From assembly GCA_973895155.1 (NCBI GenBank), contig OZ316892.1:23510033-23574032 (forward strand): 64,000 bases of DNA, written 5' to 3'. Positions 48,901 through 61,038 of the stretch are shown one piece after another. A model generated the notes under the pieces. The model saw only the letters and a program-made list of their open reading frames with translations. It had not been told where the DNA came from and ran no database searches. The DNA is from Marsupella aquatica. Lineage: Eukaryota; Plantae; Marchantiophyta. Position 1 is the first letter of the stretch. The number at the start of each line of letters is the position of its first letter. The position numbers and the translations under genes were made by a program.

Positions 48901-50930
48901 TTCACACAAGGTCTCATTAAACCTTACAAATGGCAGATACACTAAGTTGTTTGTCAAGTTGAGTGACATGACAGTATGACACTGTTCGCACTGCATTGTA
49001 AGGACAACGTAAAGAATTTGATTCAACTGAATATTTTTTGTAGATCAGTTCATAACTGAGATTAGCGTGAACGGTAACCACAGTGACCTGTACCCGGAGA
49101 TTCGAACCGTCGATCTAAACACAGTTACCGAAAAACTTACAGCGCGGGATTCATACCGGATTACCGGTGATCGACTAATCGGGCCATATCCCACGCATTT
49201 ACTCCTTCTTTACTGTAAACTGCCATTCAATGTAAGTTCCTGCCAGCTACTTACTGCTAAACTACTCCGATTAATGGCCGCACTTGGCCGCTTAATTAGT
49301 CTTAATGAACAAATTAAAGAGCCCGGGGCGCTTACAGTAAACCTGTGTCATGGGCAGAAGCGTGTCCCTGGTTTTTTGGGGAGCTCTGTAGTGCGCATGA
49401 CGTAACAAAACGCTGTATTTAAAATTTGGGTCCACTGTAAAATACAAACACACGGGATTCACTGCTGACAGAGTGCCGTATACAGGACATGCCTGTCTGG
49501 CTTACTGTACACGATTGGAATCTTGACGCCAGACCTGAAGATTACATTCTACGGCAGGCATCACCGCACGATTATAAATCCTTGCAAGTATCGCTTTATT
49601 GCAACAGGAAACAGATATAACCCGGTTTGCGTCTCACAGAAACCAGGCTTTCGAGTCTGGGCGAACGCCCTGCCGTGTAATAAGAGGTACGTACAAATTC
49701 AGGTAATCTGATAAGGTAAGAAGTCAATGATGACAATCAACGAAGCCATGAGCTGGCAGGAATCGACGGTCACATAGGTCAATGGGCCGCTAACAGACCT
49801 CCACAGCCGTCCGATTGGATTCGACTGTGCTTGACGCTTTGACGGAACCGATGCAGCCGTACTGTGGTGAAGCACGGGAGTCATTTAGACTTTAGAGACT
49901 ACCACGTAAATACTTCTTACGTGGTAAGAGGAAATAAAGTCGTGACTACGGAATTTGGACGGACCCGGGAATTAATTGGGAATTGCGCGGCTTAGATCGT
50001 ATTTAATGAGAGGAATTACGGCGAGTGTTTTTATGATTAGGCCGTAAGCTTCATAATTAGCGTCGCCCACTCGGAACTTTGTCTTTTGCTCGTGAGCTGA
50101 GGAATGATGATGAGAAAAATGAAGCGGAGTGATGAGATCATGAAAAGCTCGGTCTTCAGCATTTCTTCGGAGTTCGGAGAGACTGCCGTAGTCTTCGGTC
50201 CGCCGGTGGAGGAACTAGAACTCTCAAGTGGAGCTGAAGAGATTGCTGCACCGGTGTTCGTTGCCTTTAATGCGCGCTTGTCGTTGTTGTCATTATGGGA
50301 AAGGGGGCTGGCATTCGCATTGCCGTGCGCTTCCGCAGCCAATGCAGGTGGAACGTCGCGCTGAACTGCTGAAGTGTAGGCGAGCTGAACTGAGCTTGAG
50401 CTGAATGAGGGCTCCCTGCTGCTGGAAAGTGAGCTGACAGAAGAATCGCTTCGCCTAGCCCTTCTTCCATAACTTTTTGTTACGATGTGCAGGGCGATGT
50501 GTTGGGGTGCATTCTGTGGGCTCGCACTTTTGCTCTGCTCTTCGCACCCACAGCCAACGTAGGCTTGTCGTCGGAGTGGTGAAGCTTGGACGAGATGTAC
50601 TGCTGCAGCAGTAACAACTGGAGGTGAGTTGACATATGAATCGTTTCGTTTAGAATTTCTGGAGGTGGAGATCTGGAGATTGAGTCGCTGGGTCGAGTGC
50701 TGTGGGATGCGCGGAGCTGAGGGGATCGAGGGTGGGCGGAATGCTGACGATCTGGCAAAGTTGGAGGAGTTTTTTGGAAGGGAATGTAGAGGAGATAGTC
50801 GGTGTGGGTGTTGGTGGAATGGAAGGTGTGCAAAAGAGTAACAATTTGGAGGAGAGCTGGAATACTGGGTGGACGCGAGCTCTGTCCTGATCTTTGGAGT
50901 TATTTAGGCCGGTAGTTGCATGCAGCAGCC

Positions 50931-51773
50931 ATGAGGTTAGGGTTTATACCAAGCTGCAGGGTGCAAGGAATAGTATTGGTGCTGCTGTTCGTGGGATTTG
51001 GGACAACTTTAGGTCAGGGAGACGGGAAGAACGACCAGCTGTGCTTGAATGGGCTGAAAGAAGGTTTCCTACCGGGTGACAGCGTGAATCTTCTTACTAG
51101 CAGTTGGACTGGGTCGGGATTTCCATGCCTCGGAAACTCAACATACATGGGTATTATTTGTAGTTCACAGAGAGTGATTGAAATTCAGCTCCCTAGCATG
51201 AACCTGGAAGGAACTATATCAACCAGCATCTCGTCTTGTGACAACTTAGGAATTCTAGATCTCTCAAACAATATGCTCACAGGGTCCATTCCCGCAGCAG
51301 TGGGAGAACTCGCACAACTGACTAACGTGAATCTGTCATTAAACTCATTATCAGGGTCCATCCCTGAATTCTCGAAAGCCATATATATTAACAGTCTTGA
51401 TTTGCACCACAATCAGCTGAGTGGCGACATCCCCAACTCGCTTGGAAGCCTTCAAAGACTCCGAGCATTTGATGTTTCTTACAACGATCTTCAAGGTCCT
51501 ATCCCGTACGCTCTCTCCAACACTTCAACAGGAGAGCCTCGCTTCAATATCTCCTCTTTTCAAGGGAATAAAGGTCTCTATGGATATCCTCTCCCAACTC
51601 CGAAGAATCACAATCTTTCTGTGCTGGCGATTGTCGGGATCGGTTTGGGAAGCGGAATGCTGAGCTTGATCCTAAGCTTCTCAGCCGTGTGTATCTGGCT
51701 CAGGGTGACAGAGCAGAAGAACGCTGCTGAAGAAGGAAAGATTTCGCAGTTGATGCCTGACGATGAACCGTGA
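50931..51773 (+). CDS. RLP44: LRR receptor-like protein RLP44-like, 280 aa, intronless
   Basis: Signal peptide, about 4 LRRs (LDLSNNMLTGSIP etc.), RFNISSFQGNKGLYGYPL, TM LSVLAIVGIGLGSG...VCIWLR and short tail EEGKISQLMPD typical of RLP44. Confidence 0.9.
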   Translation: MRLGFIPSCRVQGIVLVLLFVGFGTTLGQGDGKNDQLCLNGLKEGFLPGDSVNLLTSSWTGSGFPCLGNSTYMGIICSSQRVIEIQLPSMNLEGTISTSISSCDNLGILDLSNNMLTGSIPAAVGELAQLTNVNLSLNSLSGSIPEFSKAIYINSLDLHHNQLSGDIPNSLGSLQRLRAFDVSYNDLQGPIPYALSNTSTGEPRFNISSFQGNKGLYGYPLPTPKNHNLSVLAIVGIGLGSGMLSLILSFSAVCIWLRVTEQKNAAEEGKISQLMPDDEP

Positions 51774-54369
51774 CACCCCTGACATTTTTCCGTATAGAAC
51801 GTCATGATACTTGTTGCAGGTGTTCAGTGCTGCTGAACACGTCAAGTTTTGTCGACTGATCCTTCGTTCGTTCTTCGTCCTTCGGTGCGATGACGCCAGA
51901 GATGTGAAAGTGGTTCGCGAAATCATTTTCCCCCAGGTTGGTGGTAGACCTCATTCTGGTGCTGGCACATTTGCGTAATTAGTTTGCAGACGACAGGAGA
52001 TTCTTAGAGGTAGTGCAGTTGACGACTTTAGAATGGGAAGAAGTTTGGCAATCGCGCTGTTTGTAACATAATTCTTTCGGATTAACGAGTAAAGTTCAAA
52101 ACATGCGATTGATTTACTTGAGCTAGGTGTGCAAGCACTTTTTGCGAGAAGATCATGTAAATGCTGGAGTAGGTCTCCCAGTGAGTTTCCGAGACGTTTT
52201 TTAATGAGGGATGCACTTCAGTCCAGTGGATGCAGCGACCAGAAGCACAAATCGTACATCTGACGTAGGGATTCGATTTCGCTATAACGCATCGAGCAAT
52301 AGCGAATGCAGCTCGTTGGCGATCATTGACAGTCCCCAGGTTTCTGAAAAGATTTCTTGGGAAGTCTTGGCTTCATGCAGCTGCCCACTTGAAGGTTTAA
52401 ATTATCTATCCGAAGGATCCATTCTCCGAGCCGTTGGTTCAATTCGATGACTTCCGCACGGATCATTTACCTGTGTGAAACCCCTCGAGTGGTAATTGAT
52501 TACTTGGCGAGGCAAGGGCCTCGGAAGCCGTTGGAGGACCTCTCTGGCCTTCGCTCCCTGTTAAACAAATCCATCGGGAAGGGCAAGTTGTTGCCGACAG
52601 GATCTGATTTTTCAGCCTTCTGCCTCCCGTCTCTGCTGCCCTGGTGTGGACGGGTGACTCCTGGGCAGTGCTGCACTGCATGCTTTCTAAGTGGCGTTGG
52701 TATTGACGATCCACAACGCAATTGCTGCTGCCTTCCTGTAGCATTGTGAGATTCCCTTCGATTGTCATCTCTTTATTATAGTTGAGGGATTCAGTTGTAG
52801 AGGCTGGCTTCAAAATGGTCAGGATCAGCAACCGTATGTACAAGAACTTGAAAATATTTCTGTTTTGATGGAAGCGATTTAAACGGTTCTCCCAAACTAC
52901 TCTGAGAAGTTTCAACTCACCCAGTTGCAAGAAATGCAACTACAGGAGTTCTACTCTACGTAGCCGTGTTATGGTGCCGATGTTGTGCACTTTTGCAGTG
53001 GTGATATATCGTTGTCCTGCTCCAGGATGGATGGGTAGCTGTACTTACCTCAGAAGGAGTGGTTAACCCGCTTTCGATGGGGATATTGACCGCTGGAACT
53101 GGCTTGTCCGTTTGAGTATATCGTCTGAATGTTGACTAGGCAGTGAAGGGATATGAATTAGAGCAAGTCGCTCCTCATCCCTGTAGAAACGTGACTTCAG
53201 TTTCACAGTTCCCCAATCTCGTCTATGTTTTAAACTTGGGTTTGCTTGTACTCTACTGGGATCGGTGGCATGCTGCCCATCTGACTGAAAGGCTTCCTCA
53301 GGCTTCCTCAGAAATGAACCTTATTTGTGAGAACTATATTTGTGAAATGTGACAGTGCATTTGATTTCATGCACGACAGGGAATGCTCAGTCAAACTTGT
53401 GAATGCGACCGACAGGCAAGGTCTGGACTGTTAATTCTAAGGATGCCAACCTGCATTGAATACTGTACCCCAAACTCATAGTGAGGGGGAATGCTTTTCT
53501 CCCTACAGTGGTCGTGGTGGAAAAGCTCGTGGTCTCATCCGAATCCAGGCACAGGACCCCCCGCATCAAACTACGGTTAATCAAAATGATTGCGAAAGCG
53601 GGAATGGAATCCTTCTTTGCAAGCAATGCAAAAGCATTCATGTGCAACACAGATCTACAGTGGACAATTACTGTAATTTCATTGAATGAGCAGACTTACC
53701 TGACCCGAGTGCATGCAGTGGAGCGATTTGCTCCAGATTGCAGATGAATCGTCCAGACTTTACAGCCTGTTTAATTTTCAAAGGAGGCACTGTTCTTCTG
53801 CCCTTGTCAGTACACCGAGTGATCAATGTTGGTCCCTGGACAAGGGCTGCACTGTGGAGGTCTTGCTTCTCCTCGTCCTCTCAGTGCGCCATTCTACAGT
53901 AGATGTGGGCTTTGAATTGGCGATCTTCAGCTTTTAGGAAGAGGTACCGCTCTCTCACCGAGATGACTGTTACTTGGAGAGATGTCTAATTGATTTTGCA
54001 ATCTATGTGAAAATAATTCCCCTCAGGAAACTTCTTCTCTGGTTTGATTGGAATTTCATCACCCTTAGTATCTGGACACTTGTTTTCTTTTGACAAATCA
54101 ACAAACCTAAATAGGTAGATCATTACAGAGTTATTGACTTATCTCTCGGAATCAGTGTTTGTCTACACTTAGCACTGGTACCCCTAATTTGAGAGCGGGC
54201 CCAACATTAATTATGGCGGCTTTCTATCCTGATTTGATTTTGGGAGCAATTCCGTTACTGAAAATAACATCAATCATAGTGGGTTTTCTTGCTAGGGTGA
54301 CTTTGTGTGCATTTCCATGACGGAGAGTAAACTCCCACTTGTCAAGTCCGAGGATTGCTTTGATGTTGT

Positions 54370-54536
54370 GATCTCTTATGCCATCATTTTGGCACTGCTT
54401 ATATATTGGTACCAACATTGATTCCTACCTGAGAGGGAGATCTCTTATGCCATTGCTATCATTTTGGCACTGCACTTACTTTGGTAAGTAGTGCAACCAA
54501 CATTGATTCTTACCTGAGTGAGATCTCTTATGCCAT
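54370..54536. repeat. Degenerate ~70-80-bp tandem repeat, about 2.3 units
   Basis: GATCTCTTATGCCAT at 54370, 54439 and 54522, with shared ACCAACATTGATTC-TACCTGAG. Confidence 0.75.
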
Positions 54537-55936
54537 TGCAAATGTTGTCTTACTCTAGAACATGTGAAGGGGGTTGGAGTGCATATACTATGGACAATGC
54601 ACTCTCAACAAAAGCAATTGTCAATTGGACAAGCTTGGTCAACACTTGATACCATACTACTATTATGATTTGGGCAAGACAATTAATTTTAGGGTGTCCC
54701 AATTGGGAAGAGCTATTTGTACTTGTTTGCAGACTTCCACTGGGGCCAACTAAAAAAAAATTCTCTGCACTTCACATAAGGAATAATCTCAAGCCACTGT
54801 CTGTTTGGTTCAGGTATTTCACTCATATATAGCCAAAACATCTGTTCTTAGCCAATTTCAATTCAATAGACAACACCATTTTCAAGGGCATTTCATGGGT
54901 GGCCACTAAAAGTTTTGTTCAGGTACTTATATTGAGCCACAACAAGTGTTCTTGGGCAATTTCAGTCCACAGTACCACAATTGTCACGAGCATTATTTTT
55001 CATATAACATTTTTCAGGCTGTCGTATCTGGAAGTCAATTTCCTCCCATTTCTCCTATTGCCCATATGTATTTCTAGCTCACTATTTTCTGGGCCAAATG
55101 TACCTAATAAAGGGGATCAAAAGCTAAGTGCCTACTATCTAGATTGAAGACTCTAGATGGTGAATCTGAGGACATAGCTATGATACTCTCATTTCCCTAA
55201 ACTCCCCACATATATTTCCAGCCCACATATTTTTGGGAGGTTGAGTTTTATTGTAGAACGCCAAATTTATCTAATAAAACATGATATGATAAGTGCCTAC
55301 GATCTAGAGTGAACACACTCTAGATCATAACTCTGGGAATATAATTAGCCTCTAGATCAAACTCTGGGATATAATTAATATTCACCTTGTGATACTCGCC
55401 ATCTATTCACTACCCTAGCATTTTGTGTGTCGCCACGAGGGTTATATCCACGGATCTGTCTCAGGAAGCAGATGGAGCTTGAAATATCATTTCACTGGAA
55501 TAAAGAATATGGAAACAATATCTAAACCAGGTTTTCTGCAATGCGCTGGCAGACAGGCTAATGTTTTTTTAATTATTTGTGGAAATCAGATTAGGTTTAC
55601 ACTGTAACGAGACCACGATGAGCAAATGAATTACATGACAATGAGAACTAACAATACTGTAAAGGACGGAATCGTGACAGTAGAGTTCTGCTGACCCTGA
55701 ACAAGTTCATGATTCTGGGCAAGCAGTTTGAAGAAGCAACACCCACAAATTCAATTTTGCGGAGTTGGGTCGGAAGGAAATCCTCTTGCTTGCATCGCTG
55801 GGGAACTTGTTGTCTCGACATCACCAATGGTGTTCGCAAGAGCCTCGATCCTGAAGCAATTTCCTCACCTTACCCGCTCAGTTGATGTGAAGGCCAGAAG
55901 GAAGAGGGTGAGGTATGTGAGACGGCAATTCTGATC

Positions 55937-56400
55937 ATGGCAAACGGGAACGGCAAGAAAATGTACGAGAGTGTCAAAATTGAAGGGCCCGATTCAGCCG
56001 GCGTTGCCCGATTGGTGTTGAATCGCCCAAATCGCGCCAACGCTGTGGACAATGATATGTTTCGGGAGCTCCCTCTCGCTCTGCGGGAGCTGGATGACAG
56101 TCTGGACACTCGGGTGATCATCCTCAGCGCAGCAGGGGAAAAGCATTTTTGTGCTGGGATTGACTTGGACGTAATGGTTAACTCGTCGAGCCTTGTGGCT
56201 AACTCGCCGAGCCTTGTGCATGTTGATGGGTATACCGGGAGAAGGGAGTTTGGCAAAGGGAGGAACATTTGGTTGAGGTGTATTCATGATGTTCAAGACT
56301 CGTTTACGGCGATTGAGAAGTGCAGGAAACCAGTCATTGCTGCCGTTCATGGCACTTGCATCGGTGCTGGGATTGATCTAATCAGTGCTTGCGATTTGAG
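55937..56400 (+). CDS. DCI1: Delta(3,5)-Delta(2,4)-dienoyl-CoA isomerase, peroxisomal, exon 1
   Basis: Crotonase motifs LNRPNRANA, HFCAGIDL, CRKPVIAAVHGTCIGAGIDLISACD; donor AG|GTGAAT at 56401. Confidence 0.9.
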
Positions 56401-57342
56401 GTGAATCTCTTCAGCATGTGGCTGCCTTGCCGTTTCTCCTTTCAAGGTTGTGTGCTTAATTAAGGAATGACTTCGTCTACTACTCTTGTGGCTGATGTAT
56501 CGTCAGGGAACGGTGTGAGAGAGATGTCAGTGTTGAAATTAAAGGGATCGAATTACCTCCTGAAATTTAAGTGTTTTTCAGTTGTTGTTTCTTCGATTAG
56601 CCTTGTGATCTCCTCAGCATGCAACAGCCATTGTAGGCTTGAGGAATTACTTCATCGTGCACACTACTGCTGTTACCTCCAGTCAGCACCAGGAGTGGGA
56701 CGGCGTTGAGGTGAAATACATTCGGAAAATTATTGAGGCTGATGGTTTTTTAAACTTCATCTGTGGAGATCTCATAGTGTGATTAAAGAATCACTTTCTA
56801 GTCCTCTGATCTAAAAATTCTCGACGAGCGATGAATTCCTCTGCCACAGCTGCTTTGAATCAGTTTCTGCCTACCTCCAATCTTCTCCCCATCAGGCAGT
56901 CTCATGCTTGAACCCAGCCCAAAGAGTTCTGGATTTCCCTAGGCTTCGCATGAAAGATAACGGCCTCACCCTAGTGAAAGAGTAGTCTTAACTTGAAGGT
57001 CAATCTCAAATTCAATCGTCATGAAAGTCCCACGGTCAGTCTCCTTTACCAGCTGTGATTAGAACTATTAAATCGTCACCTTGGTGTCATCTAAGTAACC
57101 GATTTCTCATGGAAGGCTTACTGAATATCACAGAGATTCTCCCTCTGCTACCACCATCACCGCCACCCCCTCATCACCTTTATTAAGGACCATAAATTTG
57201 GGCCAGAATTATATTTTTAGGACTGGTGTGTGAAGTCTTCCTTGTAGCTTGATGTTCAGCGAAGTTTACAATGGCAAATGCAAAGTGAGGAGAGATTGCT
57301 GTTTGCTTTCCCTGATGAATGTGATGGCTGCCGTGGTTGTAG

Positions 57343-57763
57343 ATACTCCACCGAGGATTCAGTTTATTCGGTAATGGAAGTGGACCTGGCAATCACGGCT
57401 GATCTTGGCACTCTGCAGAGACTTCCATACTTAGTAGGATACTCCAAGGCAATGGAGTTGGCCCTCACTGCAAGACGTTTTGACGGCAAGGAGGCGTTCA
57501 GGATGGGACTGGTGCATGGAGTGTATCCTACACGAGAGAGTTTGGAGAAGGGAGTGAGAGAAGTCGCCGGAGTAATAGCATTCAAGTCTGCTTTGGCAAT
57601 TATGGGAACAAAGGCGATGCTTCTGAAGTCCAGGGACGTCTCTGTTGCTGAAGGCTTGGATGCAGTTGCGACATGGAATGCTGCTCACTTGTGGTCTGAT
57701 GAAATTCAGGAGGCCATGGCAGCGAGAAAGGAAAGGCGCAAGCCCGTTTTTTCAAAGCTCTAG
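57343..57763 (+). CDS. DCI1: DCI1 exon 2 (294 aa in total, PTS1 -SKL)
   Basis: Acceptor TGTAG|; EVDLAITADLGTLQRLP catalytic segment; C-terminal SKL. Confidence 0.9.
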
Positions 57764-59167
57764 ACGGAGCGTACACTTTTGTAACCATGATGCAAGCTTC
57801 AGCAACTGGTTAGCTTTTGTGAAGGTAAATATTTGATATTGATGGGAGGACCCTAACGGACTATCCATGTATAAGATAATTAGAAGGAGACCAAAGGCAC
57901 GACTATAGAGGCATCAGAACCAATGGGTTCTTACTTTTCAAGGATCCTGACACAATTATAAGGTCCTTGAGATAGACAATGGGGCAGTGCTATATGAAGC
58001 AGAAGGTAGGCACAGCCCTTGACAAAAATCCAGCTATCGGTTGCTGCCCACGCTAAACAACTTTGGACATCAAAACTGGTAGGAGCAATCACTTGACTTA
58101 TTACGGATAACTGATTAATGCCTCATATTGTTTCATTCCTTTCTCCATTTTTTATTCCTTGCTTTGTGAAGAATTGAACCTTTCGATTACTGCGTATTGT
58201 CTAGCCCTCCATGATTGTGTCAGATAATGACTCCGCTAATCAGTGATAGCTTGCTCTATTCGTGTACTTGTGGCCCACTTGGTTCAGAGGACGAATGGTT
58301 TGATTGACTTGTCCAACTTGTTTGCTAAAAGTCATCAATCAGCATAGCCAATCAGTCAATTGTAAATTAGTTCCGTGTTTCTCGTTTATATTTCCCTGGT
58401 GTTTGGTTTTAAGTCATTTGTTCTTGATTCCGTCTCCAGTCTGTCCAGTTGATCATAATAAATGTGTCCCATCCATTTAGTCAAACAAAAGTCCCTTCCC
58501 CTGTTTTGCGTTTGGATTTTCAGGATGAGATTGACTCACTAATTTTGTCAGCCTACAAGGCAAAGTATGCGCTGAAGTTATAGCTGTCGATTGGTCACTG
58601 CCACTGCAAACAACAAATGATTTCCATCCAAAGAGAGCTGGTGTCCAGGGAAATACGTTGGAACTGCTTTAAATTACACAGCATTCGATTGTAGTCTGTT
58701 TCACCCAGGTCTGAGCATAATACATTCCTTTCTCGATTATGCTAAGTCAGATTTTTCTGAAATTAAACATCTCATCCACCAAAATTGACCAAATGATTAC
58801 TAAGAATTTTAGGATTCTGAAAAGGTACAGGCTCCTAGACTGATGTTATGACCACAGCATCGACGTGTAAGGCGCATGACTCTTGTGTTTCTAGTGAGCC
58901 CGTTGGGGTTTAGAGGTACACACTTTAGGGAAGCGATCAGGTTGCTTATCAAGGATGGCAGCTACCGCAGCACCATCATGTGCATCTTGTGGTAGATTGC
59001 ATTTGCAGTCTTCACGAACTTTTGACGGAAAAAATGAAAATGAAAATGAGAAACTGAGATCACTGTTGTATGCGAACAGCCTTTCGTTGATAATATATTA
59101 TCACATTTTGAGTGTGATTACCGGCAGGGCTCTTGTATGGGGCAGCCTTTCTTTGATAGAATCATTA

Positions 59168-59227
59168 AGGATGCAGCAACTCCCCTACCCTGGGAGAAGG
59201 ATGCAGCAACTCCCCAACCCTGGGAGG
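59168..59227. repeat. 2 x 30-bp tandem duplication
   Basis: AGGATGCAGCAACTCCCC(T/A)ACCCTGGGAG occurs twice. Confidence 0.85.
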
Positions 59228-59924
59228 CACCTTTTAAATGGTATGACATGCAATTAAACCTTTAAAGTTTCCAGAATTTTGGGAGAACGGCCAGATCTGG
59301 CAATTAGCACCATGAGTCTATAAGAATATGGGAAGTCTCTTCTCAAAATCCTGCATTTATTTATTTGTACTAGCTACAAAATCTATCATTGTGTCCAGGG
59401 ATTGGGAGTTTGGGGGGTTGAATGAAAAACTCTGATATAATATATGCATCCCTGGACATATTGGGGGAAGGGAGGGCAATGTGGAGGCGAGATGCTGGTC
59501 AGGGAGACCAACAGATGGCCCAAGGCTAGGGGTGTCCATTAGAGGGTCTGTGATGGGGGAAAGCATCCATCCATGGGTGGCCTGAGGTGGGAGGGCTAGG
59601 GGATCATTCAATTGTTTTGGGGCAACCAAAGTTTGACAACTGCCTTTGCATCATGATTTCCCCAAAATTAAACAACATCAAAATAGAAACTCTTTCCCAT
59701 GTAGAGAGCCATGTTTGGAGTCATAAGTTGGGGTATCAGGTTCACAATCAGAACTTCTGTACTTGTGTGGGATCTCAAAGCATTATTTTACTCTAAATCT
59801 GTACCATCGTAGTCAAAGGCATGTTATCATACATCTTACCCCAAACTTAGAAATCTTTTTGATGAATAAATTTGGAATGGAGATCCTATCAGAGCTTATA
59901 GCTTGATTTCTTGGTCTACTGTTT

Positions 59925-59925
<1 letters not shown>

Positions 59926-59960
<35 letters not shown>
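59926..59960. repeat. (AG)n microsatellite
   Basis: About 17 AG units. Confidence 0.95.
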
Positions 59961-59963
<3 letters not shown>

Positions 59964-61038
59964 AAGGGCAACTTTTAAGGGGCCACTTGTAACCGCCCAG
60001 ATAGCCCCTTCCATTCCCAGGAACACCAACTTCTACTCTCTCCTTTCCAAAATCTGCATCTATGGTCCAGAGTCAACCTTTGCCTACCCTCCCCCTTGAA
60101 TCCCCTGTTGCTTTCACGTACAACGGCAGAGACCAAAAACCAAAAACACTTCTTCTTTCTGTTTCTTGAAACCTTTTGATTCTGCCACCCAATTCACTTG
60201 AGTCTTTCCATGATGCTGGGGTGCTGCAACCTTAATGATTCCTTTTTATTTTGCCACCCAATTCACCCAATTCAATTGAATCTTACATGATCTAGTTCTA
60301 CAGCAACCTCAACTATCCTTTCAAGTCTTCCACCTGATTCTTCACATGACATCATGTTGGGGCAACCTCAACACTGCTTTTGATTTTGCCGCCCAATTCA
60401 CCCAATTTTTGCTAGGTTCTTCACATGTGCTACTACAACCTCTCCAATCCTGTTGATGCAACCAGTCACCTAATTGACATGATTTATCCAATTTGCCCAA
60501 TTTTGTATATGCATACAAATTGCCTGATTGTTCATGTGATTTAGTGGTGATTTTGTTTCTTCCACCCAAATCAGCTCACTTTTCCCAAATGATGTTGTGT
60601 TTTTGGACCTTTAATGATTCTTGGCGTGGGCACAAAGAAGCTCATTGGGATCTGTATTCTCAAAATTTAACTGTCATGCGAGAGGAGGAGGGGGGCACCG
60701 GTGTTTGTCACAGCAGGAACGTCCAGGGAAACAATTCAAGTAATTATGCTGCTCTACAAGGAGTGGTGGTGTTTGGATACAGGGGGTTCGATTTTCTCTA
60801 GAGACCAGATACAGTGCACGAGAGCAAGAGAGAGGGAGCCTGGAGAAACATGGATGGAGGGAAGGAAGCAAGGAGAATGTTGGGGAATACAGAAGAATGA
60901 ATGAGTGAATTTCTGGTCTTGGTGGGCTGCTAGGCCCTTATTGCGGATAGGTTGGTAGCTTCCTTCCTATGTTGGTCTGGAGGAGTCCAGGTGGAGCTCA
61001 TGTAGGGGAACCAGAAATTGAGAGAGAGAGGACGCACG

